Shown piece after piece: positions 58,803 through 64,000 of a stretch of DNA of 64,000 nucleotides. A program made the position numbers and the translations under genes. Within the stretch, counting starts at the first letter, position 1, and every line of letters begins with the position of its first letter. This DNA comes from Eledone cirrhosa (lineage: Eukaryota), in NCBI GenBank assembly GCA_964016885.1, contig OZ024746.1, forward strand, positions 79,794,001 through 79,858,000, written 5' to 3'. The notes below the pieces were generated by a model, which saw only the letters and a program-made list of their open reading frames with translations, was not told where the DNA came from and ran no database searches.

Positions 58803-58808
<6 letters not shown>
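58002..58808 (-). mobile_element. Family D: 542-nt-period HHR element with long direct repeat and inverted end, in (TA)n
   Basis: CACGATAAATTAACGGAGCC at 58002 and 58544 (~180-bp direct repeat). 58726-58808 is an inverted copy of ~58091-58170. HHR at 58256-58337. Confidence 0.88.
58256..58337 (-). ncRNA. Type I hammerhead ribozyme (family D)
   Basis: AACACACG-CUGAUGA-accucgguuauu...aauuacuggc-GAAA-CA...UG-UA-CGUGUGUU. Perfect 8-bp stem I and GUA triplet; predicted cut between 58264 and 58263. Confidence 0.83.
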
Positions 58809-58889
<81 letters not shown>

Positions 58890-59012
58890 GTATATACATA
58901 TATTTATAAATACATACAAGCGTACATACATACATACATACACACATACATATATACATACATACATACATACATACATACATACATACATACATACATA
59001 CATACATACATA

Positions 59013-59323
59013 CATGGTGGCTGCCAACTCGTTTTCGAGTACGGCCACTACTTTATATCCATGTAGGAGAACCCCTACCGATGCGCTGAACGAATGTGAC
59101 TTTTTAGTCCAGCCAGCGACTTGACAACTCTGGTACAAACACTACACTTGTGACAATTATTGACACATAGTGCTGGACCCATGGTACCATGTGACGACAA
59201 GTGCAGAGAGATCTCCAGATATAAAGCAATGCCTGTGCTGTGAAGCTTTTATAGTGAGCAAAGGCACTACACAAAGCCAGTCCCACTCTCTTAACCAAGA
59301 TGATATTTACCAAAAAGAAGAAC
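59013..59323 (-). mobile_element. 5'-truncated copy of a short RTE-derived element with (ATGT)n tail
   Basis: Reverse complement of ~62172-62478. Confidence 0.88.
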
Positions 59324-60148
59324 ATACATGCATACATACATACATACATACATACATACATACATACATACATACATACGTACATACATACATACATACA
59401 TACATACATGCATACATACATACCATGTGACGACAAGTGCAGGGAGATCTCCAGATATAAAGCAATGCCTGTGCCGTTAAGCTTTTATAGTGAGCAAAGG
59501 CACTGCACAAAGCCAGTCCCACTCTCTTAACCAAGATGATATTTACCAAAAGAAGAACATACATACATACATACATACATACATACATACATACATACAT
59601 ACATACATACATACATACATACATACATACCATGTGACGACAAGTGCAGGGAGATCTCCAGATATAAAGCAATGCCTGTGCCGTGAAGCTTTTATAGTGA
59701 GCAAAGGCACTGCACAAAGCCAGTCCCACTCTCTTAACCAAGATGATATTTACCAAAAGAAGAACATACATACATACATACATACATACATACATACATA
59801 CATACATACATACATACCATGTGACGACAAGTGCAGGGAGATCTCCAAATATAAAGCAATGCCTGTGCCGTGAAGCTTTTATAGTGAGCAAAGGCACTGC
59901 ACAAAGCCAGTCCCACTCTCTTAACCAAGATGATATTTACCAAAAGAAGAACATACATACATACATACATACATACATACATACATACATACATACATAC
60001 ATACATACATACCATGTGACGACAAGTGCAGGGAGATCTCCAGATATAAAGCAATGCCTGTGCCGTGAAGCTTTTATAGTGAGCAAAGGCACTGCACAAA
60101 GCCAGTCCCACTCTCTTAACCAAGATGATATTTATCAAAAAGAAGAAC
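59185..60148. repeat. Five ~138-bp units separated by (TACA)n spacers
   Basis: Units at 59185, 59421, 59628, 59815 and 60010, each TACCATGTGACGAC...AAGAAGAAC. Confidence 0.95.
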
Positions 60149-60241
60149 ATACATACATACATACATACATACATACATACATACATACATGATGGCTGTC
60201 CCCTCGTTATCGAGTATGGCCATTGCACGAGAAAAAAAAAA

Positions 60242-60287
<46 letters not shown>

Positions 60288-60496
60288 GGCGCACTGGGGA
60301 CTATCTCCAAAGGTTTCCAGGGATGGTTAAAGAAAATCGGCCCCTTCACGCTTTTTGGAACGCTTCAAAAGGCATGCTTGCTTGGAACAGCAAGAACCCT
60401 CCGATACGTCCTGAATATCTGAGGCTGCAGGTAGTGGCTTGATATTCAATCCAACGGACTTTCCAGTTAACCAACATCAATGACTGAGATTCAAGG
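60288..60496 (+). mobile_element. 3' end of an R4-clade (Dong-like) non-LTR retrotransposon in (TAA)n
   Basis: IGALGTISKGFQGWLKKIG...LQKACLLGTARTLRYVLNI* is the R4/Dong C-terminus. It has a short 3' UTR and (TAA)n on both sides, the known Dong target. Confidence 0.88.
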
Positions 60497-60502
60497 AATA
60501 AC

Positions 60503-60553
<51 letters not shown>

Positions 60554-60624
60554 AATAAAAAGAAAATAATACATACATACATACATACATACATACATAC
60601 ATACATACATACATAATACATACA

Positions 60625-60658
<34 letters not shown>

Positions 60659-60949
60659 CATACATACATACATACATACATACATACATACATACATACA
60701 TACATACATACATACATACATACATACATAGGCGAGTCGTCATATTTCTGATGATCATCTTAACGTTTGTCGCTGAAACCTCAACCACTCCATTTTCCCA
60801 TTCAATTTCTAGAAACTCCCCTCCTCACATTTTCCCTCTGAACACTTTTCTCTCTGTTGAGAAGAATCCTAAGTGCGTTAGTTTTCAATAAGAACATTTT
60901 AAAGAACTGCATCAGGTGTCAGCCCAAGGCAGTGATATAACTATCTCTC

Positions 60950-61049
<100 letters not shown>

Positions 61050-61117
61050 CTCTCTCTCTCTCAAAGGATACAAACATACACACACGCACGCTCACACACA
61101 CACACATATATATATGG

Positions 61118-61181
<64 letters not shown>

Positions 61182-61219
61182 GTATATGTATATATATATG
61201 TATATGTATATATATATAT

Positions 61220-61277
<58 letters not shown>

Positions 61278-61315
61278 TATATGTATATATTCATATATAT
61301 ATAAACATATATACA

Positions 61316-61382
<67 letters not shown>

Positions 61383-61405
61383 AGTGTGTTCATATATATA
61401 TATGA

Positions 61406-61448
<43 letters not shown>

Positions 61449-61472
61449 GGAGTTTCATATATATATATATAC

Positions 61473-61651
<179 letters not shown>

Positions 61652-61827
61652 TAGATTTATCTAGAGATATAGATATATATACGGGGGTCTATTAGAATTG
61701 TAGTCAGAGTGGTCTTGTTAAAATGTAGAAATAACAATATATATTCAAACCCCAATACGAAGGCAAAAGTAAATAAGATACGAAATAAACGCTTTATATT
61801 GTATATATATATATATGTATGTATGTA

Positions 61828-61981
61828 TTGGAATGTTTTACATATTTTTACTGTTCCATTAATGGATTGTACTTGTAATTTCCTAACTAGTTGTGTTCTT
61901 TCTGTTCCTGTGAAGCCTAGCTTCTCAAGATTTGTATTGAGGCAGTTACTAACATATCCCAGTGCCCCAATAATCACAGGC
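61828..61981 (-). mobile_element. C-terminal fragment of a second R4-clade-like retrotransposon between (TACA)n tracts
   Basis: PVIIGALGYVSNCLNTNLEKLGF...LVRKLQVQSINGTVKICKTF. Confidence 0.78.
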
Positions 61982-62014
<33 letters not shown>

Positions 62015-62080
62015 TGTATGTATGTATGTATGTATGTATGTATGTATGTATGTATGCATGTATGTATGTATGTATGTATA

Positions 62081-62478
62081 ACCCCTTAGCCTTTGTCAAG
62101 GCAGAATTCTAGGAGAAGGAAAACTCTGATATAACACCTGCAGCCCTGATGGTATCCAATGATGTTGACTTGTTCTTCTTTTTGGTAAATATCATCTTGG
62201 TTAAGAGAGTGGGACTGGCTTTGTGCAGTGCCTTTGCTCACTATAAAAGCTTCACGGCACAGGCATTGCTTTATATCTGGAGATCTCTCTGCACTTGTCG
62301 TCACATGGTACCATGGGCCCTGCACTGTGTCAATAATTGTCATAAGTGTAGTGTTTGTACCAGAGTTTTCAAGTCGCTGGCTGGACTTAAAAGTCACACT
62401 CGTTCAGCGCATCGGTAGGGGTTCTCCTACATGGATATAAAGTAGTGGCCGTACTCGAAAACGAGTTGGCAGCCACCA
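62081..62478 (+). mobile_element. ~400-bp bipartite RTE-derived non-autonomous retroposon in (ATGT)n
   Basis: RTE 5'-UTR-like CTAGGAGAAGGAAAACTCTGA (62109-62129), C-terminal C2H2 CSVCTRVFKSLAGLKSHTRSAH, 3' stem-loop GTGGCCGTACTCGAAAACGAGTTGGCAGCCAC and (ATGT)n tail. Confidence 0.8.
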
Positions 62479-62664
62479 TGTATGTATGTATGTATGTATG
62501 TATGTATGTATGTAGGTATGTATGTATATATGTATGTACGCATTAGCATGTGTGTGTATGTATGTATGTATGTATACATATGCATTTCCATATGCATATT
62601 CATGTAAACATGTATGTATATGTAGGCATATTTAAATAAGTATATACTTGTCTGGGGATATAAA

Positions 62665-63030
62665 TAAATGACTGATCACCACCTAGTTATCTGCAGCTTG
62701 AGATTACCTAAAGCCAAAGACGACCACAAAAATGGCAGATCCAGGGTGACCTAAAGTTTAAAGGGGGAAGCATTGGTGGATAAGAAATCAGAACCAGGTA
62801 TGTAGATAGTATTGCATCCAAATTCAGAGAACTCTTGAGCAAACGGAGTAACGTTTAAACAGAGTTGAGGTCTTTCAGCTCAGCATACTAGCTTCATTTC
62901 CTAAACTCGATCACAACAGCATATTCTGATGTAGACGATCTGCATCTGGGAACGGTGAATAATCTCTCGGGGACTGAGGGTACAAGGGCATTTAAGGAGC
63001 TCAAATGTCGTAAGACCGGGACATACTTGC
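62665..63030 (+). pseudogene. Decayed RTE-like LINE fragment (end of APE endonuclease and linker)
   Basis: TDHHLVICSLRL matches the APE SDH motif; the downstream frame is broken. Confidence 0.45.
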
Positions 63031-63046
63031 ATCCATAAATATCCAT

Positions 63047-63079
<33 letters not shown>

Positions 63080-63682
63080 CAGACACACACACACATATAT
63101 ATATATACACACACACAAATATACATATATATATATATGTGTGTGTGTGTATCTCTCTATATATATTAAGGTCGATATAAAAAGTACCAGTCTAATATTG
63201 GTATCGATTCTTCCCCTCCCCCCCCCCTCTCTCTCTCTCTCTCGCTCTCCCCTCTCTCTCTCTCTGCTTCTCTGGAAAAATTCTGATCTGGAGAGTAGAT
63301 GGGTTCCGCCAGGTTTTAAAAGATGCCCTAGAAATGCCGTATGTCAATATGGTTATGGTACCCCTACGACTCCCTCAAGAGTTATGGGTCTCTACATACT
63401 TATGATAGGTGAACGGTGAAGAAGAAGAAAAGAGGGGAAGTAATTGGTCTTATGTTCTGTAGATAATATTTTTATAGATAAATAGATATCTAGATAGTAT
63501 TTGACAGAGCAGAATGTAGGTTATGAGGTGTTGGCGATGATGATGGACATTGTATGGAAACATTGACTAATGTAGAAACCTCAACCAAACCAATTAACTT
63601 CGGCTTTAACCATTCTGATGGCTTTTTAAGCTGTTCGGATTAACGTGATTGTAAATGAATGGTTCGTGTAATGTACAGAAAT

Positions 63683-63739
<57 letters not shown>

Positions 63740-63797
63740 GCACTCCCTCTCTCTCACACACACGCACATACAGACACACACATATTTATGTATGTAT

Positions 63798-63861
<64 letters not shown>

Positions 63862-64000
63862 ACGTACATACATATATGTATACAGACGTACAGTAGTATG
63901 TATATATATACATACATGCACACGTCTGTATACATATATGTATGTACGTATACATACATGCATACGTACATTTAAGTAAGTGCCGTACTAAGAGTGAGAA

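Noticed and set aside
59260-59295. Twister-ribozyme-like CACT..ACAAAGCCAGTCCCA
   Set aside because: It lacks the downstream AGC and GAGGG pseudoknot partners and the UAA cleavage context.
59185-60148. CRISPR-like repeat-spacer appearance
   Set aside because: The repeats are ~138 bp, the spacers are (TACA)n rather than unique sequence, there are no cas genes, and the context is eukaryotic.
60740-60790. CTGATGA...GAAAC
   Set aside because: No convincing stem I, stem II or NUH.
62149-62418. Host C2H2 zinc-finger gene exon
   Set aside because: It is a single finger embedded in a repeated element with RTE-like 5' motif and tail; the second copy is frame-disrupted.
63613-63665. AACCATT-CTGATGG...AATGGTT
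   Set aside because: Flanking complementarity exists but there is no GAAA and A9 is altered.

Overview
AT-rich, microsatellite-saturated eukaryotic non-coding DNA. The SINE families and (TA)n/(CA)n/(GGT)n density suggest a coleoid cephalopod, probably Octopus (inference). I find no intact host gene; almost all ORFs in the track are low-complexity artefacts. Recognisable content: a decayed mariner (1212-2403), many tRNA-derived SINEs of two or more families, hAT and Tc1/mariner MITEs, RTE and R4/Dong LINE remnants, an ~8 kb (ACCACCA)n satellite and several minisatellites. The most notable signal is a set of short non-coding elements sitting in (TA)n tracts, with direct-repeat and fold-back (inverted) architecture. 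Nine copies from seven sequence families carry type I hammerhead ribozyme (HHR) folds (CUGANGA...GAAA...UH with paired stem I). This points to Penelope-like pLTR or non-LTR retrozyme derivatives. One family has two diverged members with an identical 310-nt repeat period and a co-varying pseudoknot that is contiguous only across the monomer junction, as in a circular or multimeric RNA. All folds were read by eye; none was computed or tested.
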